Numbered from the stretch's first letter, positions 1 through 8,846 are shown. The stretch: 32,372 nt of DNA from a virus (IMGVR_UViG_2703718827_000001:1-32372); one strand, 5' to 3'. The notes: a model not told the origin generated them from the sequence alone. Program-made: numbers and translations.

Positions 1-1154
1 GTGACGTAGTTGGTGACCAGTGATACCGGGTAAGTCGTGCCCTGCCAGCTGATGTTGAACGTCACAGGCGCGGTGCTAAAGTCGTAGGTGGTCGGCGCGG
101 CGCTGGCAGTTATGGTTGCGGCACTCCCACCCACCCCCGGCACTGCCGGAACGCCCGGGGCATAGCTGGCAATCACCAGATCGTAGTCATTGCCGTTATA
201 GTTCAGCGTCACCGGCATGCCTACATAAGGTGCAAGTTCCTCTATCCCGCCATAAATCATGCTGTAACCGCCGGACGACACGACCGTATACGAATTTGGG
301 GCCAGTACGGTGATCACCGTTCCGACGGTCCACGACGGCGGGATCTCCTCATCGCCAGACGACGATACGTCAACCAGCGTGATGGAGTTTCCAGACACGA
401 CCAGCGCATCAGCGATAATGCTGACCGTCTCCGGTCCGCTTGAGCCAAGGTCCAGCCCGGCAGTACCGGAACCGGTATTCCCGACCTCTGGTGAATTGAA
501 CCAGTTTTCAGTGCGCGTATCGCCGGATACCGTGGCGCCAGGCGGGTAGAGGGTGTAACGCACATCGGTACCGAACGCGGATATTGGCGTATTACCGATC
601 CTGATATCGGACTGGTTAATCACCATGTCGCCGACACCCACGCACAGGAACATGCTGGTTTCCATGCTGGTCTCGTTAACGAACCGGCTGACCGGCTGCA
701 CGACGTAATCAGGCCAGACGCGATATTTGCCGAAGATTTCCCGGATGGGGTCACCCAATTTCGCCGCGTTGGCTTTAGCCGGGTTGAGGTCAATCTGGTC
801 GCCGCTGGCCGCCTGGGCGCCACCGCCGCCAGCCTGAGACATTGTGCTCATCATGTAGATGCTGTACGCAGCAGAGGCTACGGCTACGCTGACGGCAACC
901 CAGATCGCGATTTCTGCACCGGTACCGTATGGCACCGGATACATCCTTACGTCTGTTTCTCGCTTGATAACGCACAGTGGCCACTCTGAAGCCGGGACGG
1001 GAACGCCATCGATTTCAACCGCGACCGGGTGCTGCTGATCCGGCGCCCAGCCCTTCACGTTCCGCGCAAACCAGGCGCTGAGCAACATCGTTTCATGTTC
1101 GTGCTTCTCCAGCGGTTCGCCCGGCAGGCGAGAGGGATAGATTCGGATCGTCAC
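1..1154 (-). CDS. Tail-tip protein (gpI/J-position), C-terminus truncated by the window edge
   Basis: Minus-strand frame is open from a GTG at 1152..1154 (overlapping the upstream stop as GTGA, with GGAG about 8 nt upstream) to position 1, translated by hand from the sequence; alternative ATG at 1086..1088. Contains a hydrophobic segment (AEIAIWVAVSVAVASAAYSIYMM) followed by a Gly-rich stretch. Position after the K-like gene. Not in the ORF track because it has no stop in the window. Confidence 0.45.
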   Translation of the reverse strand, partial: MTIRIYPSRLPGEPLEKHEHETMLLSAWFARNVKGWAPDQQHPVAVEIDGVPVPASEWPLCVIKRETDVRMYPVPYGTGAEIAIWVAVSVAVASAAYSIYMMSTMSQAGGGGAQAASGDQIDLNPAKANAAKLGDPIREIFGKYRVWPDYVVQPVSRFVNETSMETSMFLCVGVGDMVINQSDIRIGNTPISAFGTDVRYTLYPPGATVSGDTRTENWFNSPEVGNTGSGTAGLDLGSSGPETVSIIADALVVSGNSITLVDVSSSGDEEIPPSWTVGTVITVLAPNSYTVVSSGGYSMIYGGIEELAPYVGMPVTLNYNGNDYDLVIASYAPGVPAVPGVGGSAATITASAAPTTYDFSTAPVTFNISWQGTTYPVSLVTNYV

Positions 1155-1582
1155 TGGTAATACTCCACGCGGACAAAGCGGCGCGCAAACCGCGCCAGCG
1201 GCAGAAATGTTACGTTGGTGCGGGGATTGCACTCCGCTGCGCGCAGCTGGCCGTCAATCTCGACAACGATGGCAACGTGTGTCACCACAGAGCCGGAATA
1301 ACAGGCGATACCCGCACCTGGAGCCGGTTCACATCGCGTCAGACTAGCCATCAGCCCCCGCGCCTCCCGGTCAAGACCGTTATCGTCCTTCGTGACGCCG
1401 GCGAAATCAGGCCACGGCGCCAGACCAAGATCCCGCCTGATTTCATTGACGATGCCAAAGCAGTCCAGCGCGGGGTAAGCGCGTCCGCCCTTCTGCCACT
1501 CGACAGAACGGTATTTATCAGGGTTAAACCGACCGTCTTTGCAGGATGAATTCACTTTTGAGGCGCTGGATAAGCTCATCAT
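1151..1582 (-). CDS. NlpC/P60 (C40 peptidase-like) tail protein, lambda gpK-position
   Basis: 143 aa; candidate catalytic Cys in LDCFGIVNEI and His in VTHVAIVV, consistent with the NlpC/P60 fold; sits between minor tail and tail-tip genes. Confidence 0.6.
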   Translation of the reverse strand: MMSLSSASKVNSSCKDGRFNPDKYRSVEWQKGGRAYPALDCFGIVNEIRRDLGLAPWPDFAGVTKDDNGLDREARGLMASLTRCEPAPGAGIACYSGSVVTHVAIVVEIDGQLRAAECNPRTNVTFLPLARFARRFVRVEYYQ

Positions 1583-1706
1583 TTGACTCCTTAATCATCT
1601 TCTCTGCCTCTGATCTGGTGATGAGATCGGGCTGGTTGTGGCATTCATGGTGGATATCGAGAGGATGCGCTGACGCCAGCGGGTTGCCGGTATTGTATTT
1701 AGCCAT
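1524..1706 (-). CDS. Small hypothetical tail-module protein (60 aa)
   Basis: ORF overlaps the NlpC/P60 gene start by 59 nt in another frame; His/Cys-rich patch HPLDIHHECH. Could be a separate small gene or the N-terminal part of a split K-like protein. Confidence 0.3.
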   Translation of the reverse strand: MAKYNTGNPLASAHPLDIHHECHNQPDLITRSEAEKMIKESNDELIQRLKSEFILQRRSV

Positions 1707-1715
1707 AATGATTTC

Positions 1716-2216
1716 CTACTGGAGATAGCGGAGGCCCGGGAAGACTGGAAGCGTGTATCGATAGCGCGGCCATGCGGTTTTCAGGATATTCAGGAACCCC
1801 GCAGTGATCTGAACCTCTGTCGCGTTCCAGTACCCGTCTTTGATCTGCAGGACAATCGGAGGCGACGCGGGGGAGCTCAGGTCGGTCGATATGTACTGTC
1901 GCATTACCAGCGTGCCGTTGTTCAGGTTAGCCAGGGCGTTGCGTATTGCCGTGGAAACGATGCCGTCTATGTTGCTAACGGCGAATTGCAGATCCTGCGT
2001 GCCGTCCTTATTCCTTGCCGGTAGCGCGATAGCCATGGCCGCCGCCAGGAACGTCACTGTCTCCCCCGCCTCCGTAACAGCGGTGATGTCTTCGAAGTTC
2101 TCGACCAGGCAGTAACTCTGGCTTCCGACGTTAATCTGCAGCGTATTGAGGATGATTTCACTACCATCACTGGTGTAAAGCCTGTTTAAGATTGCGCTGG
2201 TCATGCCTCTGGCCAC
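1716..2216 (-). CDS. Minor tail protein (gpL-position)
   Basis: 166 aa ORF, overlaps the upstream gene by 16 nt (coupled); position between the tape-measure-proximal minor tail gene and the K-like gene. Confidence 0.5.
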   Translation of the reverse strand: MARGMTSAILNRLYTSDGSEIILNTLQINVGSQSYCLVENFEDITAVTEAGETVTFLAAAMAIALPARNKDGTQDLQFAVSNIDGIVSTAIRNALANLNNGTLVMRQYISTDLSSPASPPIVLQIKDGYWNATEVQITAGFLNILKTAWPRYRYTLPVFPGLRYLQ

Positions 2217-2671
2217 TCCTTGTTGAGCGCATAATCGATAATGCTCTGCCCCACGATGAACTCAGGGAAATTACCCCAGACAGGAGGCAGGATTGGACGC
2301 TCCCACAGCTCTAATATTGCCGTGAACTTCCAGAACCCAAGCGCGTACAGTACCGGGCCGTTGTAGATATCTTTGAACCGGCACACGTAATCACCAACAC
2401 CCATTGGCGTACGCATGCGCATGTTGAACCACGCTGCGCCGTCAGTAATCACATCCCTGAACCACACCTCAAACAGCTGCGCCTGGGCATCGTTAAACAC
2501 CCACGAAACAGACGCCTCAGTCGGAACCGAGGTGTATTTGCGGCGCTGCCGCGTGCGGCCAGATGTCATGGTGGTGCGCTGGAGCGGGCTTACCGGGGTG
2601 AATCCATGCCCAGAGCGTTGAGGCATTGGCAGGTACTGATGCGGGAAATCAATGGTGCTGCTGATCCCCAT
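2201..2671 (-). CDS. Minor tail protein (gpM-position)
   Basis: 156 aa ORF starting 9 nt after the tape measure stop; position-based call. Confidence 0.5.
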   Translation of the reverse strand: MGISSTIDFPHQYLPMPQRSGHGFTPVSPLQRTTMTSGRTRQRRKYTSVPTEASVSWVFNDAQAQLFEVWFRDVITDGAAWFNMRMRTPMGVGDYVCRFKDIYNGPVLYALGFWKFTAILELWERPILPPVWGNFPEFIVGQSIIDYALNKEWPEA

Positions 2672-2680
2672 GAGAGCTCC

Positions 2681-5092
2681 TTATGTGATTCGTTGACTGG
2701 TGTTGAAGTTGGTAGCGAGAGCGTTGGACAATTTGCCCTTACCGCTGGCGACATCTCTGACGGCCATGGCGTAGCCCTGCTGCGCACCTCGCTTAACCGC
2801 GGCCTCAAGCATGGCTTGTTGCTGTGCAGAGTAATCACCGTTTAGATGGATAACCGGGCTGAAATTGAACGCCCCGCCACCACCGCCGATATCCCGGTTA
2901 CTGATGACGCGACCGTTATCGCCGGGGATCATGTACTGGCTACCATTGCTGGCTTTGAAAATCTCAGGCTTGCCGCCCTCGCCCACACGGTACATGGAGC
3001 TGGCAGATACCGGGCCGCCGTTTTCGCGCCCGCCGCCATATGAGATGCTCGCAACGTTCGACAGCAATGACGCTCCAGCAGAGGCGATGGCTGCATAGTT
3101 CGCAAGTTTTTGCGCTGGAGTCAGCGCTGTCGGATCAGCCATGGCCTGCATGATTGCGGTATTCAGGCTGAGGGTAGACTGGGCAATCGCAAACGCTTTA
3201 CTGGCTGCGAACATGACCTGGTACGCCGCGTTACTCTTACCAGCAGAGTCTGCAATTATCGACGCCAGGCTATCAAAGCCCTGGGACGCAGAGCCCAGAA
3301 TAGAAAGAACGGATGCTCTTTGCTGATCTGCCTCAGTCTGCGCTATTTGCATCCGTGCGTTTGACGCCTGCAGTTGGATGGCAGTTTTGGCGTCTTCGTA
3401 AAGCTGGGTATTTTGCTTATCCAGTTCCTGATATTTAGCCAGGGCCTCAAGCTTTTGTGTTTCCTGGAGATTGATTTGCGCCAGCGGATCCACTGATGCC
3501 CCAGTGATAGGGTTGACCGAGGTATTTCCGGCGGCTATCTCCTGTTTGGCATACTTCCGCCCCTGCTCAGCCTCTTTGCGCTTCTGAATAGAGATTGCTG
3601 CCTTTTCGTTTGCCTCACCAAGAGCCCTCGCTTCCGCTAGTTGCTGCTGAGTCGCGGCGCTACCAAGAGACTGCTCCGCACGAAGACCCGCCTCTTGAAT
3701 ACGGCGCTTTTCAATCGACTCTGTGGTCAGGTCTGATTGAGCGCGGAGATTAGCCAGTTTCTGAGCAATGGATTCAGCCTGCGATGCGGAAGTTTTGCCC
3801 TCTTTGTTGCTCTCTTTCCGCGCCTCAGTAACCCGATAGGTTTCTGCATATTCATCCTGAAGAGATTTGATGCGTTTCTGATCGGTGATACCAGCGTCTG
3901 TTGCATCATATTGAGCCTGCAGCCTGGCTCTGGCTTCACCTTCAAGCTTGGCTAGCGCCAGGCGGCGCTCTGAGTTTTTTATCAGCTTCGATGTAGCCGC
4001 ATCGTCTCCGGTCGTTTTAATGTTTATTGGCTTTGTATTAGAGGCCTCTTGAGAGGCTTGGGTCACGGCAGAAATATCCCCAACGAGAGCTGCAGCTTTG
4101 TTGCTTAGCCCTGCAAGCGCCTTGCTTTGAGCCTCCCAACCATCCAGTCCCAGCCAAGACCATGTCCTCGCCCTTCGCTCAAACATCTCTGCTGTGCTAT
4201 TGAGATCGGAAATTTGAGCTGCTGCTGAAGCTGTTTTCCCAGTCAGCCTGTCTATGGCTGTGGTGATGGAGTCAATTACAGCCACCATGGTTCTGCTCGC
4301 GCCCGTAGTCTGGTTAATTGAGTCAACCATTGACAGAAACGAATTGGTAAGAGCAGCATTGGCCTGAGATAAGGTGCGGGGCAATTTTGCGAACTCTGCA
4401 TTCACGATGCTGGTTTGCTTCTGAATTGCATTGAGTGCATCTTGAGCAGAAAGCTTCCCATCCAGCATCAACTGACGCAATTCACCAATACCAATGCCAA
4501 GCCCTGCCGCCATCTGCCTTGCCAACTCAGGCATTTGCTCAAGAATAGAGTTAAATTCTTCTGCTCTGACAACACCGGATGAAATAGACTGCCCGAATTG
4601 GCGCAGCGCATTAGCCATTTCCTCGGCAGATGTTCCTCCAATTCGACCAATTTTTTGAAGGGTGTCGGTAAGCTGCAATATTTGGCCATTAGTGGCACCA
4701 GTGCTCCGCAACGCAGTGCTTAACGTTTCCCACAGCTTGGCTGTATCCTGGAGAGATCCTCCTGTTGTTGAGCTTATATTCATCAGACTTTGCATGGTCT
4801 GAGATGCGACAGAAGCACTACCAGTTAGCCTTTCAACTCGAGCGTTAAGTTGGCTCATATTGTCAGCGGCTACAAGAAATGCCTTCCCCCATTCAACGAC
4901 AATTGAAGCAGCGATCGCGCCAGCTACTCTGCTTATGCTGGTCTGAAGCTCATCAAACTTGCTGGCAGCTTTTGATACTCCGCCATTCATCTTCTCAAGC
5001 CGTTCGTTGACTTTTCGCTGGGCCTCAATAAGGTTGGCTACATCCATCTGTACTTGATAGACGATATTTCCTACCTGTTCCTCACTGGCCAT
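2681..5092 (-). CDS. Tail tape measure protein
   Basis: About 800 aa, Ala/Gln/Leu-rich helical composition typical of tape measure proteins, downstream of the major tail protein. ORF extends to 5107, but the first ATG directly abuts a terminator T-tract; the second ATG (MASEEQ..., 5090..5092) has a GGAG Shine-Dalgarno 5 nt upstream. Confidence 0.85.
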   Translation of the reverse strand: MASEEQVGNIVYQVQMDVANLIEAQRKVNERLEKMNGGVSKAASKFDELQTSISRVAGAIAASIVVEWGKAFLVAADNMSQLNARVERLTGSASVASQTMQSLMNISSTTGGSLQDTAKLWETLSTALRSTGATNGQILQLTDTLQKIGRIGGTSAEEMANALRQFGQSISSGVVRAEEFNSILEQMPELARQMAAGLGIGIGELRQLMLDGKLSAQDALNAIQKQTSIVNAEFAKLPRTLSQANAALTNSFLSMVDSINQTTGASRTMVAVIDSITTAIDRLTGKTASAAAQISDLNSTAEMFERRARTWSWLGLDGWEAQSKALAGLSNKAAALVGDISAVTQASQEASNTKPINIKTTGDDAATSKLIKNSERRLALAKLEGEARARLQAQYDATDAGITDQKRIKSLQDEYAETYRVTEARKESNKEGKTSASQAESIAQKLANLRAQSDLTTESIEKRRIQEAGLRAEQSLGSAATQQQLAEARALGEANEKAAISIQKRKEAEQGRKYAKQEIAAGNTSVNPITGASVDPLAQINLQETQKLEALAKYQELDKQNTQLYEDAKTAIQLQASNARMQIAQTEADQQRASVLSILGSASQGFDSLASIIADSAGKSNAAYQVMFAASKAFAIAQSTLSLNTAIMQAMADPTALTPAQKLANYAAIASAGASLLSNVASISYGGGRENGGPVSASSMYRVGEGGKPEIFKASNGSQYMIPGDNGRVISNRDIGGGGGAFNFSPVIHLNGDYSAQQQAMLEAAVKRGAQQGYAMAVRDVASGKGKLSNALATNFNTSQRIT

Positions 5093-5107
5093 ATTTTCTC
5101 CGGGCAT

Positions 5108-5129
5108 AAAAAAACCCGCCGAAGCGGGT
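5108..5129 (-). terminator. Rho-independent terminator after the lipoprotein moron, immediately upstream of the tape measure start
   Basis: Minus-strand hairpin ACCCGC-TTCG-GCGGGT (6 bp GC-rich stem, tetraloop) followed by TTTTTTT. Confidence 0.7.
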
Positions 5130-5146
5130 TAGGATTCACGGTTTAG

Positions 5147-5533
5147 TCACTTGGTGCAGAACTTATAATCACGCCCACAGAGCGCTATGGATTTTTTTCC
5201 ATCCTCTGACCAGGCCTCTATGGACTGGACATAAACAGCATTCGTCTCTGCATCGATCTGGAACGAAACAAGCCCACCGCTGTAATCTAAAATCTTCCCA
5301 TTTCCCTTAATCGCCTTAAAGGTCGCCGACGCATTATAGGTGTTATCGCTTTTCCGCTCTGAAACCTTGGCCCTCCCCCCTTCAACAGAGAAACATCTTG
5401 CGCTCTTATCCCCACACAGAGCCATCGACATTTCTTTCTTCGCAAGCTGGAAGGCTTCATCTTCTGTGGGAGCTGGTTTACCACAACCAGCCAATAAGAG
5501 CCCTGCAATGGTGACGATTATTAAGCGTTTCAT
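5147..5533 (-). CDS. Lipoprotein (moron); candidate superinfection-exclusion lipoprotein
   Basis: 128 aa; N-terminal signal peptide with lipobox LLAGC; AAGGA Shine-Dalgarno 3-4 nt upstream; followed by its own terminator; region looks AT-richer than flanking tail genes. Confidence 0.7.
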   Translation of the reverse strand: MKRLIIVTIAGLLLAGCGKPAPTEDEAFQLAKKEMSMALCGDKSARCFSVEGGRAKVSERKSDNTYNASATFKAIKGNGKILDYSGGLVSFQIDAETNAVYVQSIEAWSEDGKKSIALCGRDYKFCTK

Positions 5534-5895
5534 ATCCTTATTCCCATTGGTAAAAGTGGAAACATCCTACCCAGGAATAGCACAGGCGCAACGGCAAACG
5601 CTGATTTATTGATCTCAATCGACCGGAAACGGGAAACCTGATCTTTTATCAGGATGTTCGACAATGGGGGTTCCAGGGTAGGTTATTTCATCTTCTCTGC
5701 GACCAAAGCAGTTAAGAAGTAAGCACTCGACATTCTTAGTGTTGATCCACAGGAAGAGGAAAATGAGCGACCAAAACCAAAAACAGAACACCAATCAACC
5801 TTCGCAGCAATCTACCACCCAACCGACGCCGGGGGACAAACCGAGAACCGACTTCTCGCTTGACCGCCGATTTGTTGGGAATTCTGCCGATAAAA

Positions 5896-6468
5896 TCAGA
5901 AAAAAAGATAGCCCACAGTAGTAATAGCTAACGCGCAAATCGGAGTGAGGATTGTTGCGATCCTCGCTCTGTCTAACCTGGTCCTGATTCGCTCATTCAC
6001 TTCACACAACTCTTCAGCTGTATTGTGCAAATTGGCTAACCTGATACGCCTGATTACTGATACCGGGTTGCGGTCAGCAGTAAACCCCCTACTTGCCAGT
6101 TCTTCGTAATGCTCATGGTCCAGCGATTTATAAAGTTTAGTATAGAGATCTGCCGGCGCTGAGTTAAGCAAAGCGCGAACCTGAACTGACAGGACGCCAG
6201 TAACCAAATAAATAGCGCACGCTGCCCAATAGAGCATGAACACACCAATACCTAGCGACATAAAAAAAGGTTGGTTATTTTGCGTCAGCAGTAAAAACGA
6301 TGAACCAATTCCGACAATAAGAATCCCAAGCAATTTGTATCCGTTTTCTCTGTTAATTGTATTCGATTGCTCGATCTCTTTGATGCACTCCTCGCCCTGT
6401 CTCTCGAGAAATTCAACAAGCTTATCATCGGCACTTAGAAAATAATCGTAAGGGAGATTTGTCATCAT
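5896..6468 (-). CDS. Multi-pass membrane protein (moron), unknown function
   Basis: 190 aa; two adjacent hydrophobic helices (LLGILIVGIGSSFLLLT and FFMSLGIGVFMLYWAACAIYLVTGV) and a C-terminal hydrophobic segment; weak RBS; AT-rich. Confidence 0.55.
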   Translation of the reverse strand: MMTNLPYDYFLSADDKLVEFLERQGEECIKEIEQSNTINRENGYKLLGILIVGIGSSFLLLTQNNQPFFMSLGIGVFMLYWAACAIYLVTGVLSVQVRALLNSAPADLYTKLYKSLDHEHYEELASRGFTADRNPVSVIRRIRLANLHNTAEELCEVNERIRTRLDRARIATILTPICALAITTVGYLFF

Positions 6469-6525
6469 AAACCGCTTAACTTTATGGACTTAGATAAATT
6501 TTAACCGATTGTGGGCTTGCGTATA

Positions 6526-6549
6526 AAGGAAAAGCCCACCTGAGTGGGC
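6526..6549 (-). terminator. Rho-independent terminator downstream of the KilA-N gene
   Basis: Minus-strand hairpin GCCCAC-TCAG-GTGGGC followed by TTTTCCTTTAT, about 10 nt after the KilA-N stop. Confidence 0.55.
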
Positions 6550-6559
6550 CTTGCCACCT

Positions 6560-7123
6560 TCACGCGATGCCTGGCAGGTACATCTGAACTTCATCGGCGA
6601 CGCGCTCCCTTGCTGCGTGCAACAGCTGCTTACGACCACCGACACCCCACCGGGCCATCTGGCTGGCGCATTGGCTGATCTGCCTGGTTTCAGTGTTGAT
6701 GATGTGGTCGATTTTGTTCAGGCGAGACATGGCACTGATACCGAGGCGCACTACGGTTCTGAACACCTCATACACTTCAATCTCAAATTCCGGCTTAATC
6801 CATGCAGCATAACGGATCGCCAACAGTTCAACACCCCAAACGCCTGGTTCATCCCCACCTTTAATAACATTAAGTGGTTGAATTTGTTCCAGAGTGCTTT
6901 TTTGCACTTTGGCTTTTAGTGCTTTTATGAAGCGCTTAACTTGAGCACTACGCAAAAACTGACTTGGGCGCTGCTGTTCTGTTGCCTCTCCGTTTGCCAC
7001 TGCGGCTGCATGAAGATCATTAAGGTTATAGCGCCCTTCGTCATCAACGCGAACGGAAACGCCGTTTACTGATACGGTTGGATATTTCATTGCGATTTGC
7101 CTATAGAAAGCAGAGCCTGTCAC
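6560..7123 (-). CDS. KilA-N domain protein (moron inside the tail operon)
   Basis: 187 aa; N-terminal region (VSVNGVSVRVDDEGRYNLNDLHAAA ... VIKGGDEPGVWGVELLAIRYAAWIKPEFE) matches the KilA-N/APSES-type DNA-binding domain pattern; possible alternative start at Met12. Confidence 0.7.
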   Translation of the reverse strand: MTGSAFYRQIAMKYPTVSVNGVSVRVDDEGRYNLNDLHAAAVANGEATEQQRPSQFLRSAQVKRFIKALKAKVQKSTLEQIQPLNVIKGGDEPGVWGVELLAIRYAAWIKPEFEIEVYEVFRTVVRLGISAMSRLNKIDHIINTETRQISQCASQMARWGVGGRKQLLHAARERVADEVQMYLPGIA

Positions 7124-7197
7124 ACAGAGAAGCCGCCTCCTAGAGAGGTCGCCACCTATAACGGCAACTCTCAGGCTCGCTTTCTGTAGGCTCTAGG

Positions 7198-7203
7198 ATT
7201 ATA
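7198..7203 (-). promoter_or_regulatory. Candidate sigma70 -10 element (TATAAT) upstream of the KilA-N gene
   Basis: Perfect TATAAT on the minus strand with a preceding TG; no convincing -35 hexamer found. Confidence 0.3.
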
Positions 7204-7242
7204 CAATGCGCGTGTGAAGCGCGGTTGATTTACTGCGGGTAC

Positions 7243-7269
7243 AAAAAAGCCCCGGACAATGCCGAGGCT
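7243..7269 (-). terminator. Candidate intrinsic terminator between the chaperone-position gene and the KilA-N moron
   Basis: Minus-strand 8 bp stem with one mismatch (AGCCTCGG/CCGGGGCT) followed by TTTTTTGT. Confidence 0.45.
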
Positions 7270-7285
7270 TGATTATTTGGGTGGG

Positions 7286-7975
7286 CTACTTCTGCTTAGC
7301 CTGCCGCCGTTTGCGTCGCGCAAAGTAGTCATCTGCCGCACTATCGTACTCTTCCCTGGTGTACCCCTTCTGTTCAGGGTATTTAGCGACCAGCATCATC
7401 TGAAACTCTGTCATCGTCAGCTGTCCAGCTTCTTCTTTGCTGATGTTGAAGTGGTTGCGCGCAGCAATGATGTAATCAGATGCCCTGAATTCATTGGTTG
7501 GTTCGTTCGATTCGTGGCGCTGTAGCTTGCGTAACTTGGCTTGGCCGATAATGCCGTGCATCATCAGGCTTTGGGCGATGATGACCATTTCCTGGGGCGG
7601 CATAATACCCCGCCGCCACATAAAGCCGCGCTTCCGGCTTTTACCTGGCTTCATCCAGCCGATCAGATCTCCCACTTCATCCTCGCAGCATGCGGACAAA
7701 ACCGTATGCGCAGCCATGATAGCCTTACGGCTCAGTATTCCGCTCTGTATGTAGCGAATGACACATTCTGGCAGGCGGTCATATTCTGATTGGATGTAGG
7801 ATTTGGACGCCTTCTGGATGAGAGTAGTCACCTCATCATTACAGAGATCGTAAAACGTCTGAACAATTTCCACTGGCTCGCCAATGCTGGACATCGCGAA
7901 TAGTGACGGACGAAAAAAATAGTCCTTATCACCGACACTAATAAGGCATTCTCCAAACTCTTTAACTGGTGTCAT
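7286..7975 (-). CDS. Hypothetical tail-module protein in the tail assembly chaperone position
   Basis: 229 aa; lies directly downstream of the major tail protein, where G/GT-type chaperones normally sit; basic C-terminus; no slippery-site frameshift seen. Confidence 0.45.
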   Translation of the reverse strand: MTPVKEFGECLISVGDKDYFFRPSLFAMSSIGEPVEIVQTFYDLCNDEVTTLIQKASKSYIQSEYDRLPECVIRYIQSGILSRKAIMAAHTVLSACCEDEVGDLIGWMKPGKSRKRGFMWRRGIMPPQEMVIIAQSLMMHGIIGQAKLRKLQRHESNEPTNEFRASDYIIAARNHFNISKEEAGQLTMTEFQMMLVAKYPEQKGYTREEYDSAADDYFARRKRRQAKQK

Positions 7976-7980
7976 CTTTC

Positions 7981-8004
7981 CCCCATAAGCAAAATCAAGG
8001 GCAG
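7981..8004 (-). terminator. Candidate attenuator/terminator downstream of the major tail protein gene
   Basis: Hairpin GGGCAG-CGAC-CTGCCC followed by TTGATTTTGC on the minus strand, about 20 nt after the stop; T-tract also on the plus side. Confidence 0.45.
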
Positions 8005-8024
8005 GTCGCTGCCCTTTGTTTTGC

Positions 8025-8777
8025 TTACACAGTGACAGTTACGGTGTGGGTTGCCGTGAATGCGCCATCATCAGTGGTGACAGTAATCACCGCGGTTCCC
8101 GCTGTGGCCCCGGAAGGGGCAGATACGGTTACGGTATTACCTGAGAAAGCCACCGTAGCGCGAGCTGGTACGGATGACGTGACAGTAAACACTTTATTGT
8201 CAGCATCTACTGGCGCAATGTTCACGGTGAACGTCGTGCTTGAACCGGCCGCAATAGAACTGCTGGTTGGTGTAACCGTCACGCCTGTTACCGCGATATC
8301 GCCATCAGCTTCGGTGATCTGGAAAGTAGAACCATCTGCCAGCTTGAACTCAAAGCTGTAGGTGACAATTTCCTTAACACCACCACCATCGCTGGCACCA
8401 GACGGCACCATGTAGCCGATGTGATAATAATCGCCCCAATGGAAACGCATCCACACGCCAGGCTGACGGCGGGCCCGAACCTCATCAACGATATACTTCA
8501 CGAACTGCTGAACACCGAATTCGTCGGTGCGGTCCTTGACACGCACCTCGCCTTCAATCGAATAGGTTGGATCGAGGCTGGAGATCAGGTTTGAACTGAA
8601 ACCGCCATTATCGGCATCAGACGTAAGGGCCTCAGGACTCAAATCCCACGTAGCCGAAGTTGGAAGGCCCATCAGCTTCCAGTCACCTTCCTCCGGCACC
8701 AGGTCAGCGCATCCGTACGCCAGTTCCAGCGTCTTCGCGCGACCAATTAGTTGTTCGTTATTGGAGCAGCCTTGCAT
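8025..8777 (-). CDS. Major tail (tube) protein with C-terminal Ig-like (Big_2-type) domain
   Basis: 250 aa; C-terminal Thr/Val/Ser-rich beta repeats (TVTGVTVTPTSSSIAAGSSTTFTVNIAPVD...VTVTV) typical of Ig-like domains on siphovirus tail tube proteins; position upstream of the tape measure. Confidence 0.8.
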   Translation of the reverse strand: MQGCSNNEQLIGRAKTLELAYGCADLVPEEGDWKLMGLPTSATWDLSPEALTSDADNGGFSSNLISSLDPTYSIEGEVRVKDRTDEFGVQQFVKYIVDEVRARRQPGVWMRFHWGDYYHIGYMVPSGASDGGGVKEIVTYSFEFKLADGSTFQITEADGDIAVTGVTVTPTSSSIAAGSSTTFTVNIAPVDADNKVFTVTSSVPARATVAFSGNTVTVSAPSGATAGTAVITVTTDDGAFTATHTVTVTV

Positions 8778-8846
8778 CTTTGCTTACCTCACTTCTGATA
8801 ATAAAAAAGGCCGCTCCGGGCGACCTTGTGTGATGTTGATTTTGAG

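Noticed and set aside
5739-5921. 60-aa plus-strand ORF (Gln/Asn/Thr-rich) in the spacer upstream of the lipoprotein gene
   Set aside because: Low-complexity translation, no RBS, and it overlaps the likely promoter region of the minus-strand lipoprotein gene.
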